Source: an uncultured bacterium
Lineage (GTDB): Bacteria > Actinomycetota > Geothermincolia > Geothermincolales > Geothermincolaceae
Length of the DNA: 64,000 nt
Reading direction: 5' to 3'
Assembly (NCBI GenBank): GCA_963814495.1
Contig: CAWFDJ010000011.1
Location: 193,809 to 257,808, forward strand
The notes under the pieces were generated by a model, which saw only the letters and a list, made by a program, of their open reading frames with translations, did no database searches and had not been told where the DNA came from. This document shows, piece after piece, positions 12,426-22,851 of the stretch; position 1 is the first letter of the stretch; each line of letters starts with the position of its first letter. The position numbers were made by a program, and so were the translations under genes.

Positions 12426-12582
12426 ACCTCTTGCATAATTAATCCCCCAGTGGGGATAACATCAAATAGAGCGAGTAAACGAAAGCGGAACGGATGCCGA
12501 TGTAAAAGGCCTGAAGAGGAATTGACGACAACATATGGTATATAATCTTAAAGCAAATTAACCGGACTGGAGGTTGGTAAAA

Positions 12583-15063
12583 GTGTTCCAACGATTTTCC
12601 GACAGGGCCCGACGGGTAGTGGTCCTCGCCCAGGAAGAGGCGAGGATGCTCAACCACAACTACATCGGCACCGAGCACCTCCTCCTCGGCCTGATCCAGG
12701 AGGGGGAAGGCGTGGCCGCCAAGGCCCTGGAGTCCATGGGCATCAGCCTGGAGGCGGTGCGGGAGCAGGTGGAGGAGATCATCGGCCGGGGCTCCTCGCC
12801 CCCCACCGGGCACATCCCCTTCACGCCGCGGGCCAAGAAGGTGCTGGAGCTGTCGCTGCGCGAAGCCCTGCAGCTCGGCCACAACTACATCGGCACCGAG
12901 CATATCCTGCTGGGCCTCATCCGCGAGGGCGAGGGAGTGGCGGCCCAGGTGCTGATGAAGCTGGGGGCCGACCTGGACCGGGTGCGCAACACCGTGGTCC
13001 AGCTGCTCACCGGGGTCGCCGGCTGCGGCAAGGAACCGGGTGCCCAGCCGGGAGGGGAAGCCGCTCCCGCCGGCAACCTGGTGCTGGACCAGTTCGGCCG
13101 CAACCTCACCGTGCTGGCGGCGCAGAACAAGCTCGACCCGGTCATCGGCCGGGAGAAGGAGATCGAGAGAGTGATGCAGGTGCTCTCCCGCCGCACCAAG
13201 AACAACCCGGTGCTCATCGGGGAGCCCGGCGTGGGCAAGACCGCGGTGGTGGAGGGGCTGGCCCAGTCCATCGTCTCCAACACGGTGCCGGACATGCTCA
13301 AGGGGAAACAGGTCTACACCCTGGACCTGGGAGCGCTGGTGGCGGGTTCCCGTTACCGCGGCGACTTCGAGGAGCGCCTGAAGAAGGTGGTCAAGGAGGT
13401 CCGCACCCGCGGCGACATCATCCTCTTCATCGACGAGCTGCACAACCTGGTGGGAGCCGGGGCGGCCGAGGGGGCCATCGACGCCGCCTCCATCCTCAAA
13501 CCGGCCCTGGCCCGGGGCGAGCTGCAGACGGTGGGGGCCACCACCCTGGACGAGTACCGCAAGCACCTGGAGAAGGACGCCGCCCTGGAGCGGCGCTTCC
13601 AGCCCATCGTGGTGGAGGAGCCCACGGTGGCCCACACCATCGACATCCTGAAGGGCCTGCGCGACCGCTACGAGGCCCACCACCGCGTCACCATCACCGA
13701 CGGCGCCCTGGTGGCCGCGGCCAACCTGGCCTCGCGCTACATCACCGACAGGTTCCTGCCGGACAAGGCCATCGACCTCATCGACGAGGCCGCCTCCCGC
13801 CTGCGCATCCGGGCCATGACCGCGCCCGACGACTTCCGCGAGCTGGAGGAGAAGCTGCAGAAGGTGCGCCAGGAGAAGCAGGCGGCCATCGCCAACCAGG
13901 AGTTCGAGGTGGCGGCCTCCTTCCGCGACCGGGAGAAGGCGGTCATCGACGAGATAACCGAGCGCGAGAAGGACTGGAAGATGCCCAACGGCTCGCACCA
14001 GGTCCAGGTCACCGAGGACGAGATCGCCGACATCCTCTCCTCCTGGACGGGCATCCCCGTCTACCAGCTGACCGAGGAGGAGAGCACCAAGCTCCTGCGC
14101 ATGGAGGACGGCCTGCACGAGCGGGTGGTGGGCCAGAACGAGGCTGTCAGCGCCGTGTCGCGGGCCATCCGCCGCACCCGTTCCGGCCTGAAAGACCCCA
14201 AGCGGCCCAGCGGCTCCTTCATCTTCCTGGGGCCCTCGGGCGTGGGCAAGACCGAGCTGGCGCGCACCCTGGCGGAGTTCCTCTTCGGCGACGAGTCCGC
14301 CCTCATCCAGATCGACATGTCCGAGTACATGGAGAAGCACGCGGTCTCGCGGCTGGTGGGCTCGCCCCCCGGCTACGTGGGGTACGAGGAAGGCGGGCAG
14401 CTCACCGAGGCGGTGCGGCGCAAGCCCTTCTCGGTGATCCTGCTGGACGAGATCGAAAAGGCCCACCCCGACGTCTTCAACATGCTCCTGCAGATATTCG
14501 AGGACGGGCGCCTCACCGACTCCCAGGGGCACACCGTGGACTTCCGCAACACCATCATCATCATGACCTCCAACCTGGGGGCGCGGGACATCGGCAAGGC
14601 CGCCGCCCTGGGCTTCACCACCCAGGTGGACGGCAAGATCGATTACGACAAGATGAAGGAGCGGGTGCTCTCCGAGCTCAAGCGGGCCTTCCGGCCGGAA
14701 CTGCTCAACCGCCTGGACGAGGTCATCGTCTTCCACGAGCTGACCCACGAGGAGATCCTGCTCATCGTGGACATGCTGATGAAGCGGGTGCTGGAGCAGA
14801 TGCAGTCCCAGGACGTCGAGCTGATCCTGTCCCCGGAGGCCAGGGACCTGCTGGCCAGGGAGGGCTTCGACCCCCTCTTCGGGGCGCGGCCGCTGCGCCG
14901 GGCCATCCAGCGGATGGTGGAGGACCCCCTGTCCGAGAAGGTCCTCTCCAAGGAGGTCGAGCCGGGCCAGGCCATCCGCATCGCGGCGAACGAGGAAGGG
15001 AAGGTCGTCTTCGAGAAGGTCGAGGTGCCCGAGAGCGGCGTGGAGATCGTCCCCGTCCCATAG
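12583..15063 (+). CDS. clpC: ATP-dependent Clp protease ATP-binding subunit ClpC (class III stress Hsp100)
   Basis: Duplicated Clp_N repeats ([14 protein letters not shown] twice). Two Walker A sites, [15 protein letters not shown] and [15 protein letters not shown], plus a UVR-like linker. GTG 12583 preferred over the track TTG 12574 because GGAGG sits at 12566-12570. Confidence 0.9.
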   Translation: MFQRFSDRARRVVVLAQEEARMLNHNYIGTEHLLLGLIQEGEGVAAKALESMGISLEAVREQVEEIIGRGSSPPTGHIPFTPRAKKVLELSLREALQLGHNYIGTEHILLGLIREGEGVAAQVLMKLGADLDRVRNTVVQLLTGVAGCGKEPGAQPGGEAAPAGNLVLDQFGRNLTVLAAQNKLDPVIGREKEIERVMQVLSRRTKNNPVLIGEPGVGKTAVVEGLAQSIVSNTVPDMLKGKQVYTLDLGALVAGSRYRGDFEERLKKVVKEVRTRGDIILFIDELHNLVGAGAAEGAIDAASILKPALARGELQTVGATTLDEYRKHLEKDAALERRFQPIVVEEPTVAHTIDILKGLRDRYEAHHRVTITDGALVAAANLASRYITDRFLPDKAIDLIDEAASRLRIRAMTAPDDFRELEEKLQKVRQEKQAAIANQEFEVAASFRDREKAVIDEITEREKDWKMPNGSHQVQVTEDEIADILSSWTGIPVYQLTEEESTKLLRMEDGLHERVVGQNEAVSAVSRAIRRTRSGLKDPKRPSGSFIFLGPSGVGKTELARTLAEFLFGDESALIQIDMSEYMEKHAVSRLVGSPPGYVGYEEGGQLTEAVRRKPFSVILLDEIEKAHPDVFNMLLQIFEDGRLTDSQGHTVDFRNTIIIMTSNLGARDIGKAAALGFTTQVDGKIDYDKMKERVLSELKRAFRPELLNRLDEVIVFHELTHEEILLIVDMLMKRVLEQMQSQDVELILSPEARDLLAREGFDPLFGARPLRRAIQRMVEDPLSEKVLSKEVEPGQAIRIAANEEGKVVFEKVEVPESGVEIVPVP

Positions 15064-15117
15064 CCCGACACCGAGACGGGGGGGTCTGACCCCTTTAACA
15101 AAGGAAGGTTCAGGACC

Positions 15118-15900
15118 ATGTTCAACCTCTTGAAAAGCGACATCCAGGCGGTGCGCGAGCGTGATCCGGCCGCCACCAATATCGTGGAGATCCTGCTGGC
15201 CTACCCCGGCCTGCACGCCCTGTGGATGCACCGCTTCGCCCACGTCATGTGGCAGGCGGGCATCCCGGTGATGCCCCGGCTGCTCTCCCACTTCAACAGG
15301 CTCATCACCGGCATCGAGATCCACCCCGGGGCCCGCATCGCCCGGAACGTCTTCATCGACCACGGCATGGGGGTGGTCATCGGCGAGACCACCGAGATCG
15401 GCGAGGGCGTCACCCTCTACCAGGGCGTGACCCTGGGCGGCACCGGCAAGGAGAAGGGCAAGCGCCACCCCACCATCGGCCGGGACGTGGTCATCGCCGC
15501 CGGCGCCAAGGTGCTCGGGCCCATCACCGTGGGCGACGGGGCCCGGGTGGGGGCGGGCGCGGTGGTGGTCAGGGACGTCCCGCCCGACTGCACGGTGGTG
15601 GGCATCCCCGGCCGGGTGGTGGCCTGCGCCGGCGAGCGGGTGGTGGACCTGCACCACGAGAACATCCCCGACCCCGTGCAGGAGATGTTCGAGTGCTACA
15701 ACCGGCGCATCGACAGGCTGGAGGAGCACCTCATCGAGACCCAGGAGGAACTGGAGCGCACCCGCGACGAGCTGGAGCGCACCGAGGATGAGCTGCGCAA
15801 GGCCGAGGAGGAGCTGGCCCACACCGAGGTCGACCTCAAACGCACAGAGGAAGAGCTGAAGCTGACGGAGGTCAGGGTGGCCGAGGCGGAGGCGCCATGA
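15118..15900 (+). CDS. cysE: serine O-acetyltransferase with an extra ~55-aa acidic coiled-coil tail
   Basis: Left-handed beta-helix core [43 protein letters not shown]. Tail is [54 protein letters not shown]. The stop overlaps the cysS start (ATGA). Confidence 0.9.
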   Translation: MFNLLKSDIQAVRERDPAATNIVEILLAYPGLHALWMHRFAHVMWQAGIPVMPRLLSHFNRLITGIEIHPGARIARNVFIDHGMGVVIGETTEIGEGVTLYQGVTLGGTGKEKGKRHPTIGRDVVIAAGAKVLGPITVGDGARVGAGAVVVRDVPPDCTVVGIPGRVVACAGERVVDLHHENIPDPVQEMFECYNRRIDRLEEHLIETQEELERTRDELERTEDELRKAEEELAHTEVDLKRTEEELKLTEVRVAEAEAP

Positions 15901-17415
15901 TCAAGGCCTACAACACCATGACCGGCCGCAAGGAAGCGCTCAACCCCCGCGACGAGGGGAAGATCGGCATGTACGTCTGCGGCCCCACCGTCTACAACTA
16001 CATCCACGTGGGCAACGGGCGGGCCTACCTCACCTTCGACATCATCAAGCGTTACCTGCTCTACCAGGGATACAAGGTGACCCACGTGCAGAACTTCACG
16101 GACGTGGACGACAAGATCATCAACCGCGCGGCGGAGGAGGGCACCACCCCGGAGGAGCTGGCCCGCCGCTACGAGGAGGCCTTCAAGCGGGACATGGTCT
16201 CCCTCAACGTCCTGCCGCCCGACGTCACGCCCCGCGCCACCGAGTACGTGGGCAAGATGGCGGACATGATCGCGGTGCTCCAGGAGAAGGGCCACGCCTA
16301 CGAGGTGGACGGGGACGTCTACTTCTCCATCGAGTCGTTCCCGGAATACGGTAAGCTGTCCAAGCGGTCCCCCGAGGACATGCGGGCCGGCGAGCGGGTG
16401 GAGGTGGACCAGCGCAAGCGGCACCCCGCCGACTTCGCCCTGTGGAAGAGCGCCAAGCCGGGCGAACCCTCCTGGGATTCCCCGTGGGGCCGGGGGCGCC
16501 CGGGATGGCACATCGAGTGCTCGACCATGTCCCTGGAGCACCTGGGGATGGGCTTCGACATCCACGGCGGGGGGCAGGACCTGATCTTTCCCCACCACGA
16601 GAACGAGATCGCCCAGAGCGAGGCCTACTCCGGCGAGTCGCCCTTCGTGCGCCACTGGATGCACAACGGCTTCGTCAACATCTCCGAGGAGAAGATGTCC
16701 AAGTCGCTGGGGAACATCGTCACCGTCCACGAGATCGTGGAGAAGTACCACCCCGACGTGCTGCGCATGCTGGTGCTGCAGACGCATTACCGCAACCCCA
16801 TCGACTTCGGGCCGGAGGCGCTGGACGAGGCCAAGCGGGCCTACGAGCGCCTGGAGAACTGCGTCTTCGCCCTCTCCGAGTTCCTGGGCCGGGAGGGTGG
16901 TGTCGTGGCGCCGGCGCGCTCCCAGCGGGAGGTGGAGCTGAGCGGCTTGCTCCAGGACACGGAGCGGCGCTTCGAGGAGGCCATGGACGACGACTTCAAC
17001 ACCGCCCGCGCCCTGGGAGTGGCCTTCGAACTGGTCAAGGAACTCAATACCTACCTGGACGAGCAGGCCACCTTCCCCACCCCGGCCGGCGTGATCATGG
17101 CCGGGTTCGGGCAGGAGACCCTGCTCAAGCTGTGCCAGGTGCTGGGGCTCTTCGCTCCCCTGAAAGAAGCGGAGGAAGAGGCCTACCAGTGTGAAGGCGC
17201 CGAGGGGGAGAAGGCGGGCCGTCCAGGAGACCATGGCCCACGCGGGCAGGTCGCACCTTCCCCCGGCGGAGGAACTCATCGACCTGCTGGTGGAACTGCG
17301 CTCCCGCGCCCGCGCCGCCAGGGACTGGGAGTCCGCCGACTACATCCGCGCGCGCCTGGAGGAGAAGGGCGTCAAGATCGAGGACCGCCGCGACGGCGTC
17401 CGCTGGAAGACCTGA
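15897..17415 (+). CDS. cysS: cysteine--tRNA ligase, one apparent 1-nt insertion somewhere in 17170-17265
   Basis: [16 protein letters not shown] (HIGH region) and KMSKSLGN (KMSKS). The canonical C-terminus [46 protein letters not shown] lies in frame +1 (track ORF 17191..17415), while the first frame runs into a Pro/Gly/Arg-rich read-through. Confidence 0.9.
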
Positions 17416-17418
17416 CCC

Positions 17419-17991
17419 TCAAACCAGCCCCGCCACTCTCTCCCTCACCCTGGCAGGGAACCGCTCCGCCATCTCCTCGAGGACCGGCCGGGACAGCGAG
17501 CCGAGGTCCAGCTCGTCCAGGGGCAGGGAAGCCCGGCCCAGGGATGCGAGATATGCCAGGTCGAGCAGGGCCTTCTCCGGCAGGGCCAGGTAGTATCCGT
17601 CGGCCGGCTCGAAACCGAAGAACAGGTCCTGCTTGAGTTGACTGTATTCGACCCGGCGGCCCAGCAACTCCAGCGACCTGGTCTTGCGGGAGGTGGCGAA
17701 GGTCAGGGTGTAAGGCACCAGGTTGAGGATGCCCAGGCGCGAGAGCGCCGCTTCGAAGGACAGGTAGCAAGGGAAGTAGAGCTGGCCGGCGATCCTCTCG
17801 AGCCGCGCCCCGCCGCCCGGGACCACGTAGACGCCCCGCATCACCCGCTCCAGGACGCCCCTGGAGACCCACCTGTTGAGCGATACGTAGAGGCTCTTCC
17901 GGTCCAGGCCGGTGACCTTCTCCAGGTCGGTGGGGGTGTAGAAATCCTTGCCGGCGGCCTGCAGCCTCCTCACCAGTTCCAGGTCCCTCAT
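17419..17991 (-). CDS. AbiEi-like type IV toxin-antitoxin antitoxin / wHTH regulator
   Basis: 190 aa from the internal ATG 17989-17991 of track ORF 17419..18693. The N-terminus MRDLELVRRLQAAGKDFYTPTDLEKVTGLDRKSLYVSLNRWVSRGVLERVMRGVYVV looks like an AbiEi wHTH. Start overlaps the upstream stop (ATGA). Confidence 0.65.
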   Translation of the reverse strand: MRDLELVRRLQAAGKDFYTPTDLEKVTGLDRKSLYVSLNRWVSRGVLERVMRGVYVVPGGGARLERIAGQLYFPCYLSFEAALSRLGILNLVPYTLTFATSRKTRSLELLGRRVEYSQLKQDLFFGFEPADGYYLALPEKALLDLAYLASLGRASLPLDELDLGSLSRPVLEEMAERFPARVRERVAGLV

Positions 17992-18662
17992 TGTAACTCC
18001 TCGATGACCTGCCGGTAATCGGCGGGCAGGTATTTCCCCAGGTCCCGCCGGAGGACCGTCCTGGAGACACGGCCGGTTGGAGGCCGGTAGGGCAGCTTGA
18101 GCCGCTGGCAGATATACCAGGTGTCGAAGAGGTCCTTGGGGGCGGAACGGCTCTTCAGGCACTCCTGCTTGTCGGAATAGAGCTGCTCCAGCGTGGCCAC
18201 GTTGCCCAGCGCCTGCAGGGGAGTGGCGGGTGAGGTCATCAACCCGAGCCGGTAGTCGTAGCCCCCCACGGGCCTCCGGGATATCTCCACCTTGACGCGG
18301 AAGGGCCGTGCCATCCAGGCCTCGGAAACCTTGATCTCCCAGAGATAGGTCCAGCGCCTGGCGGCGGCGTCGGTGATCGACGTCTCCGGGAAGGGCGCGG
18401 TCATGTCCCGCGCGATGCTCTCCACCTTCCCCTTGAGCGAGTCCTCGAGCAGGGCGAAGTCCAGGTCCTCGGAGAAGCGGGGGGAGCCGTAGACGAGCCG
18501 CAGGGCGGTGCCGCCCTTGAAGACCAGGTTCCTGCCGTGCGGCGATTCCAGGAGGTTCTTGAGCAAGATGACCTCCCAGTATTCCCTGACCATCTGGGTG
18601 ACGTCGATCCTCAGTTCGCCCGCCAGCCGTTCCGCCAATAATTGTTCCATAATACTTAACAT
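17988..18662 (-). CDS. AbiEii/AbiGii-family nucleotidyltransferase toxin (type IV TA)
   Basis: 224 aa. Pol-beta NTase signature FKGGTALRLVYGSPRFSEDLDF. AT-rich upstream region 18663-18690. Confidence 0.75.
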   Translation of the reverse strand: MLSIMEQLLAERLAGELRIDVTQMVREYWEVILLKNLLESPHGRNLVFKGGTALRLVYGSPRFSEDLDFALLEDSLKGKVESIARDMTAPFPETSITDAAARRWTYLWEIKVSEAWMARPFRVKVEISRRPVGGYDYRLGLMTSPATPLQALGNVATLEQLYSDKQECLKSRSAPKDLFDTWYICQRLKLPYRPPTGRVSRTVLRRDLGKYLPADYRQVIEELQ

Positions 18663-18717
18663 TAATGTTAATATAATAAGAACAAGACTGCAAGGGCGGC
18701 GGGCGCGGCCCGCGGGC

Positions 18718-20088
18718 TCAGGAACCCAGGCCGCAGGCGCGCAGGGCGGCGCGGATGTCCCCCACCCGCACCAGCTCGAAGCCCCGCCCGGGCTCCGGGA
18801 CGTCCCCGGCGTCGGGGGCCAGCATCCCTTGAAAGCCGAGGCGCTGGGCCTCGCGCACCCGCGCCTCCATGCGGGAGACCGGGCGCACCTCCCCGGCCAG
18901 GCTTACCTCGCCGAAGATGGCCAGGCCCGGCGGCAGGGGCTTATCCAGCCGGGACGAGGCCACCGCCAGGCAGATGGCCAGGTCGCACGCGGGCTCCACC
19001 ATGTGCAGGCCCCCGGCCGTCCCGCAGAAGACGTCGTGGTCGAAGAAGCTCAGGTGCGCCCGCTTCTCCAGCACCGCCAGGTCGAGGGTGAAGCGCCGCT
19101 GGTCCAGGCCGGAGGCCACCCGCTTGGGCACCGGCAGGGAGGTGGGGGTGACCAGCGCCTGCACCTCCACCAGCAGGGGGCGCTTCCCCTCCATGGTGAT
19201 GACCGGCGCGACGCCCGAGACCCCCTCTGAGCGCAGGCGGCTGAAGAGGAGGGAGGGGTCGTCCACCTCCCGCAGGCCGGCGTCGCCCATCTCGAAGACG
19301 CCCACCTCGGAGACGGAGCCGAAGCGGTTCTTGGATGCGCGCAGGACGCGCACGGAGTCGTGGCGCTCGCCCTCGAAGTAGAGGACCGTGTCCACCATGT
19401 GCTCCAGCACGCGCGGCCCGGCCAGCGCGCCGTCCTTGGTGACGTGCCCCACCAGGAAGGTGGTGATGCCCCGCTCCTTGGCCAGCGCCTGCAGGCGCTG
19501 GGCGCACTCGCGCAGCTGGCTCACACCCCCGGGGGCCGAGGCGACGTCGGGGCTGGCCATCGTCTGGATGGAGTCGACCACCACCACCTCCGGCCGCATG
19601 CTCTCGATGGCCTCCACCACCTCCTCCAGGCCGGTCTCGCAGAAGAGGTAGAGGTCGGGCGAGACGGCGTCGAGGCGCTCCGCCCGCATGCGGATCTGGG
19701 CCGGGGACTCCTCGCCGCTGACCATGAGCACCCGCCGCCCGGCGTCCGCCAGCTTTCTGGCCGCCTGCAGCAGCAGGGTGGACTTGCCGATGCCCGGCTC
19801 GCCCCCGATGAGCACCACCGAGCCCCGCACCATGCCCCCGCCCAGCACCCGGTCCAGCTCCGCCAGGCCGGTGGGCCGGCGTTCCTCTTCTCCCGTCTCG
19901 AGAGCGGAGAGGGGGAGGGGCTCGTGGCGGACGGAGCGCAGGGGCCCCTTGCGGGAAGCCGCCCCGGGAGGGGGCGTGACCTTCTCCTCCTGCATGGTGC
20001 CGAACTCGCCGCACTCCGGGCAGCGGCCCAGCCACTTCACAGCCGAGCTGCCGCACTCGTTGCAGACGAAAACGCTTCTGGCCTTCAA
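18718..20088 (-). CDS. radA: DNA repair protein RadA (Sms)
   Basis: Zinc finger FVCNECGSSAVKWLGRCPECGEFG, Walker A GGEPGIGKSTLLLQ, KNRFG motif, Lon-like C-terminal domain. TTG start at 20086-20088 is preceded by GGGAGG; the track ORF starts further upstream at 20217. Confidence 0.9.
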   Translation of the reverse strand: MKARSVFVCNECGSSAVKWLGRCPECGEFGTMQEEKVTPPPGAASRKGPLRSVRHEPLPLSALETGEEERRPTGLAELDRVLGGGMVRGSVVLIGGEPGIGKSTLLLQAARKLADAGRRVLMVSGEESPAQIRMRAERLDAVSPDLYLFCETGLEEVVEAIESMRPEVVVVDSIQTMASPDVASAPGGVSQLRECAQRLQALAKERGITTFLVGHVTKDGALAGPRVLEHMVDTVLYFEGERHDSVRVLRASKNRFGSVSEVGVFEMGDAGLREVDDPSLLFSRLRSEGVSGVAPVITMEGKRPLLVEVQALVTPTSLPVPKRVASGLDQRRFTLDLAVLEKRAHLSFFDHDVFCGTAGGLHMVEPACDLAICLAVASSRLDKPLPPGLAIFGEVSLAGEVRPVSRMEARVREAQRLGFQGMLAPDAGDVPEPGRGFELVRVGDIRAALRACGLGS

Positions 20089-20258
20089 GCGGAACCTCCC
20101 ATCCGTCGCGCCACCGGGACGCCGCACCACTCCGATTATAGGCGTGCCCCGGGACAAAACCGGACCGGCCTGCCAGGGCAAGGCCATTACGTCATGCTGG
20201 TGTGCTACAATGCACATGGATCGGGCCTGCCCGGCCGCCGAGACGAGGAGACCCCATC

Positions 20259-21698
20259 ATGACCATGGACGACATACGCGTTAGGTTCGCCCCTTCCCCC
20301 ACCGGGAACCTGCACCTGGGCTCGGCTCGCACAGCCCTCTTCAACTGGCTCTACGCCCGCCACATGGGGGGCTCCATGGTGCTGCGCATCGAGGACACCG
20401 ACCCCGAGCGCTCCTCGGCCGAGTGTGAGGCGGCCATCCTCTCCGACCTGCGCTGGCTGGGGCTGGACTGGGACGAGGGCCCGGACGTCGGCGGCCCCCA
20501 TGCCCCCTACCGCCAGAGCGACCGCCGCGAGCTCTACGTCAAAGAGGCGCGCCGCCTGGCCGAGAAGGGCCTGGTCTACTTCTGCTACTGCACCCCGGAA
20601 GAGCTCGAGGCCAGGAAGGAGCGGGCCCGGGCCGAGGGCCGCATGCCCCTGTACGACGGCTCCTGCCGCAACCTCACGGCGCAGGACCGCGAGCGCCTGA
20701 AGGCCGAGGGGCGCAAGCCGGCGCTCCGCTTCCGCGTGCCCCCCGGCGCCATCGAGTTCGTGGACATGCTCCACGGCAAGGTCACCTTCTCCTCCGAGGT
20801 CATCGGCGACTTCGTCATCCTCCGCTCCGACGGCTCGGCCGGGTTCAACTTCTCGGTGGTGGTGGACGACGCCGCCATGGGCATCACCCACGTGGTGCGG
20901 GGCGAGGACCACCTCACCAACACCGCCCGCCACGTGCTGCTCTACCGGCACCTCGATTACAGGGTGCCCCTGTTCGTCCACCACTCCCTGCTGATGGGGA
21001 CGGACGGCGCCAAGCTCTCCAAGCGGCACGGCGCCACCTCGGTGCGGGAGTTCCACGCCGCCGGCTACCTGCCCGAGGCGGTGATCAACTACCTGGCGCT
21101 GCTCTCGTGGTCCCCCGAGGAGGGGGGGCGGGAGGTGCTGTCCCTGCCCGAGCTGGTGAAGGAGTTCCGGCTGGAGACCCTCTCCCGCAGCCCCTCGATC
21201 TTCGACATCCACAAGCTCGACTGGCTCAACGGCCAGCACATCCGGCGCTCGGACCCGGCCCGCCTGGTGGAGCTGGCGAGGCCCTTCGCCGGGCCGGTGG
21301 CCGGGCATCCCCTCTTCGCCGACATGGTCATCTCCGTCCGCGACAACCTGGACAGGTTGACCGAGGTCCCCCACTACCTCGAGGTCTACACCACCTTCCC
21401 CCCGCTGGAGCAGGACATGGTCACCGAGCTGTCCAGCCGCGAGGCCATGCAGGTGATGGAGGCCGTCAGGGGGGCCCTGGAGGAGAGGCAGGTCACCGGC
21501 CAGGAGGAGGCCCGCTTACTGCTGGCCGATATCACCGGGGAGTTCAAGGAGAAGGGCCTCAAGCCCCGGGACATCTTCATGCCCCTGCGCATCGCGCTGA
21601 CAGGCCGCTCCGCCGGGCCGGCGCTACCCTACATCCTCTACATCCTGGGGCGGGAGGAATGCCTGCGCCGCCTCTCCCTCGTCCTCGAGCAGCTCTGA
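20259..21698 (+). CDS. gltX: glutamate--tRNA ligase
   Basis: RFAPSPTGNLHLGSARTALFNW (HIGH) and KLSKRHG (KMSKS). ATG 20259 preceded by GAGGAG. Confidence 0.9.
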   Translation: MTMDDIRVRFAPSPTGNLHLGSARTALFNWLYARHMGGSMVLRIEDTDPERSSAECEAAILSDLRWLGLDWDEGPDVGGPHAPYRQSDRRELYVKEARRLAEKGLVYFCYCTPEELEARKERARAEGRMPLYDGSCRNLTAQDRERLKAEGRKPALRFRVPPGAIEFVDMLHGKVTFSSEVIGDFVILRSDGSAGFNFSVVVDDAAMGITHVVRGEDHLTNTARHVLLYRHLDYRVPLFVHHSLLMGTDGAKLSKRHGATSVREFHAAGYLPEAVINYLALLSWSPEEGGREVLSLPELVKEFRLETLSRSPSIFDIHKLDWLNGQHIRRSDPARLVELARPFAGPVAGHPLFADMVISVRDNLDRLTEVPHYLEVYTTFPPLEQDMVTELSSREAMQVMEAVRGALEERQVTGQEEARLLLADITGEFKEKGLKPRDIFMPLRIALTGRSAGPALPYILYILGREECLRRLSLVLEQL

Positions 21699-21729
21699 GG
21701 CCCGGCAACAGCGCACGGAGGTCACCGGC

Positions 21730-22437
21730 ATGGAAGGGTTGATCGACGAGATCAGGGCCGACCTCGAGGCCGCCGCCGACGAGGCCGTGCGGGAAGGCGC
21801 CACGCGTTATTTCAAGGAAGGCATCACTCTCTACGGTGTCAGGACCGCCCTGGTCAACCAGATCTCCCGTACCCGCTTCGCCCAGGTCAAGGACTTGAGC
21901 AAGGAGGAGATATTCGCCCTCTGCGAGGAGCTGTTCCGGTCGGGCTACCAGGAGGAAGCCGGCATCGCCGCCGACTGGTCCTACAGGGCCAGGAAACGCT
22001 ACCAGCCGGGCGACTTCGCGGTCTTCGAGCGCTGGGTGGAACTGTACGTCGACAACTGGGCCAAGTGCGACACCCTCTGCAACCACACCGTCGGCGCCTT
22101 CCTGGAGATGTACCCCGCTTTCCTTCCGCGGCTGAAGGCGTGGACGGCGTCGGAGAACCGCTGGGTCAGGCGGGCGGCGGCCGTCTCCCTGGTCGTCCCG
22201 GCCCGCCGGGGGGAGTTCCTGGCCGACGTCTTCGAGATCGCCGACAGCCTGCTCGAGGACCCGGACGACCTGGTCCGCAAGGGATACGGGTGGCTCCTGA
22301 AGGAGGCCGGCAAGCAGCACCAGGCGGAGGTCTTCGATTACGTCATGCGCCACCGGGCCGTCATGCCCCGCACCTCCCTGCGCTACGCCATCGAGAAGAT
22401 GCCCGAGGAGTTGCGCAGGGAGGCGATGTCCAGGTAG
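21730..22437 (+). CDS. DNA alkylation repair protein (AlkD-like HEAT-like repeat family)
   Basis: 235 aa. ATRYFKEGITLYGVRTALV, NWAKCDTLC, ENRWVRRAAAVSL and DLVRKGYGWLLKEAGK are characteristic of the family. Confidence 0.75.
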   Translation: MEGLIDEIRADLEAAADEAVREGATRYFKEGITLYGVRTALVNQISRTRFAQVKDLSKEEIFALCEELFRSGYQEEAGIAADWSYRARKRYQPGDFAVFERWVELYVDNWAKCDTLCNHTVGAFLEMYPAFLPRLKAWTASENRWVRRAAAVSLVVPARRGEFLADVFEIADSLLEDPDDLVRKGYGWLLKEAGKQHQAEVFDYVMRHRAVMPRTSLRYAIEKMPEELRREAMSR

Positions 22438-22444
22438 CCCGGGC

Positions 22445-22849
22445 CTAGTAGTGGACCTCCATGGCCCGCGACGGGCAGACGCGCACGCACAGCTCGCAGG
22501 CCACGCACTCCTCCTCGTCGAAGCGGACCTCCATGCTCTCCCTGTCGATGACCAGCGCCTGGGACGGGCAGACGCCCGTGCAGGCGCCGCAGTGGGTGCA
22601 GCGCTCGTCGTTCCGCCTGATGTCCTGGGAGAGGGGCTGGATGGTCACCTGGTTCTCCTCCAGGTAGCGGATGCTCCGGTTGAAGTTATCCTCGGGACCG
22701 ATGAGGTCCAGCACCAGGATGCCTTCCTCCCGCGGGGTTATCTGGGCCTTGAGGATGTTGAAGTCCATGTCGAATTCCTTCACCAGGCGGCTGACGATGG
22801 GCTTGTCCACCTGCTCGTGCGGGAAATGCAGTACTACCTTGCGATGCAT
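22445..22849 (-). CDS. NIL domain + 2x[4Fe-4S] ferredoxin protein (partner of the COG1900 homocysteine synthesis protein)
   Basis: 134 aa. N-terminal NIL-like part (VSRLVKEFDMDFNILKAQI), then CTHCGACTGVCP and CVACELCVRVCP cluster motifs. Confidence 0.8.
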   Translation of the reverse strand: MHRKVVLHFPHEQVDKPIVSRLVKEFDMDFNILKAQITPREEGILVLDLIGPEDNFNRSIRYLEENQVTIQPLSQDIRRNDERCTHCGACTGVCPSQALVIDRESMEVRFDEEECVACELCVRVCPSRAMEVHY

Positions 22850-22851
22850 GG

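Noticed and set aside
12440-12582. CtsR operator or a clean promoter upstream of clpC
   Set aside because: No GGTCAAA-type heptad direct repeat was found. TATAAT at 12541-12546 is present, but the nearest TTGACG (12522-12527) is only 13 nt away, so I do not call a promoter.
12439-15822. 1127-aa ORF on the minus strand, the longest ORF in the track
   Set aside because: It lies antisense to clpC and cysE. Its composition is dominated by G, A, L, V, H, D, P and R with no motifs. It is a typical high-GC shadow ORF, whereas the plus-strand genes have textbook motifs.
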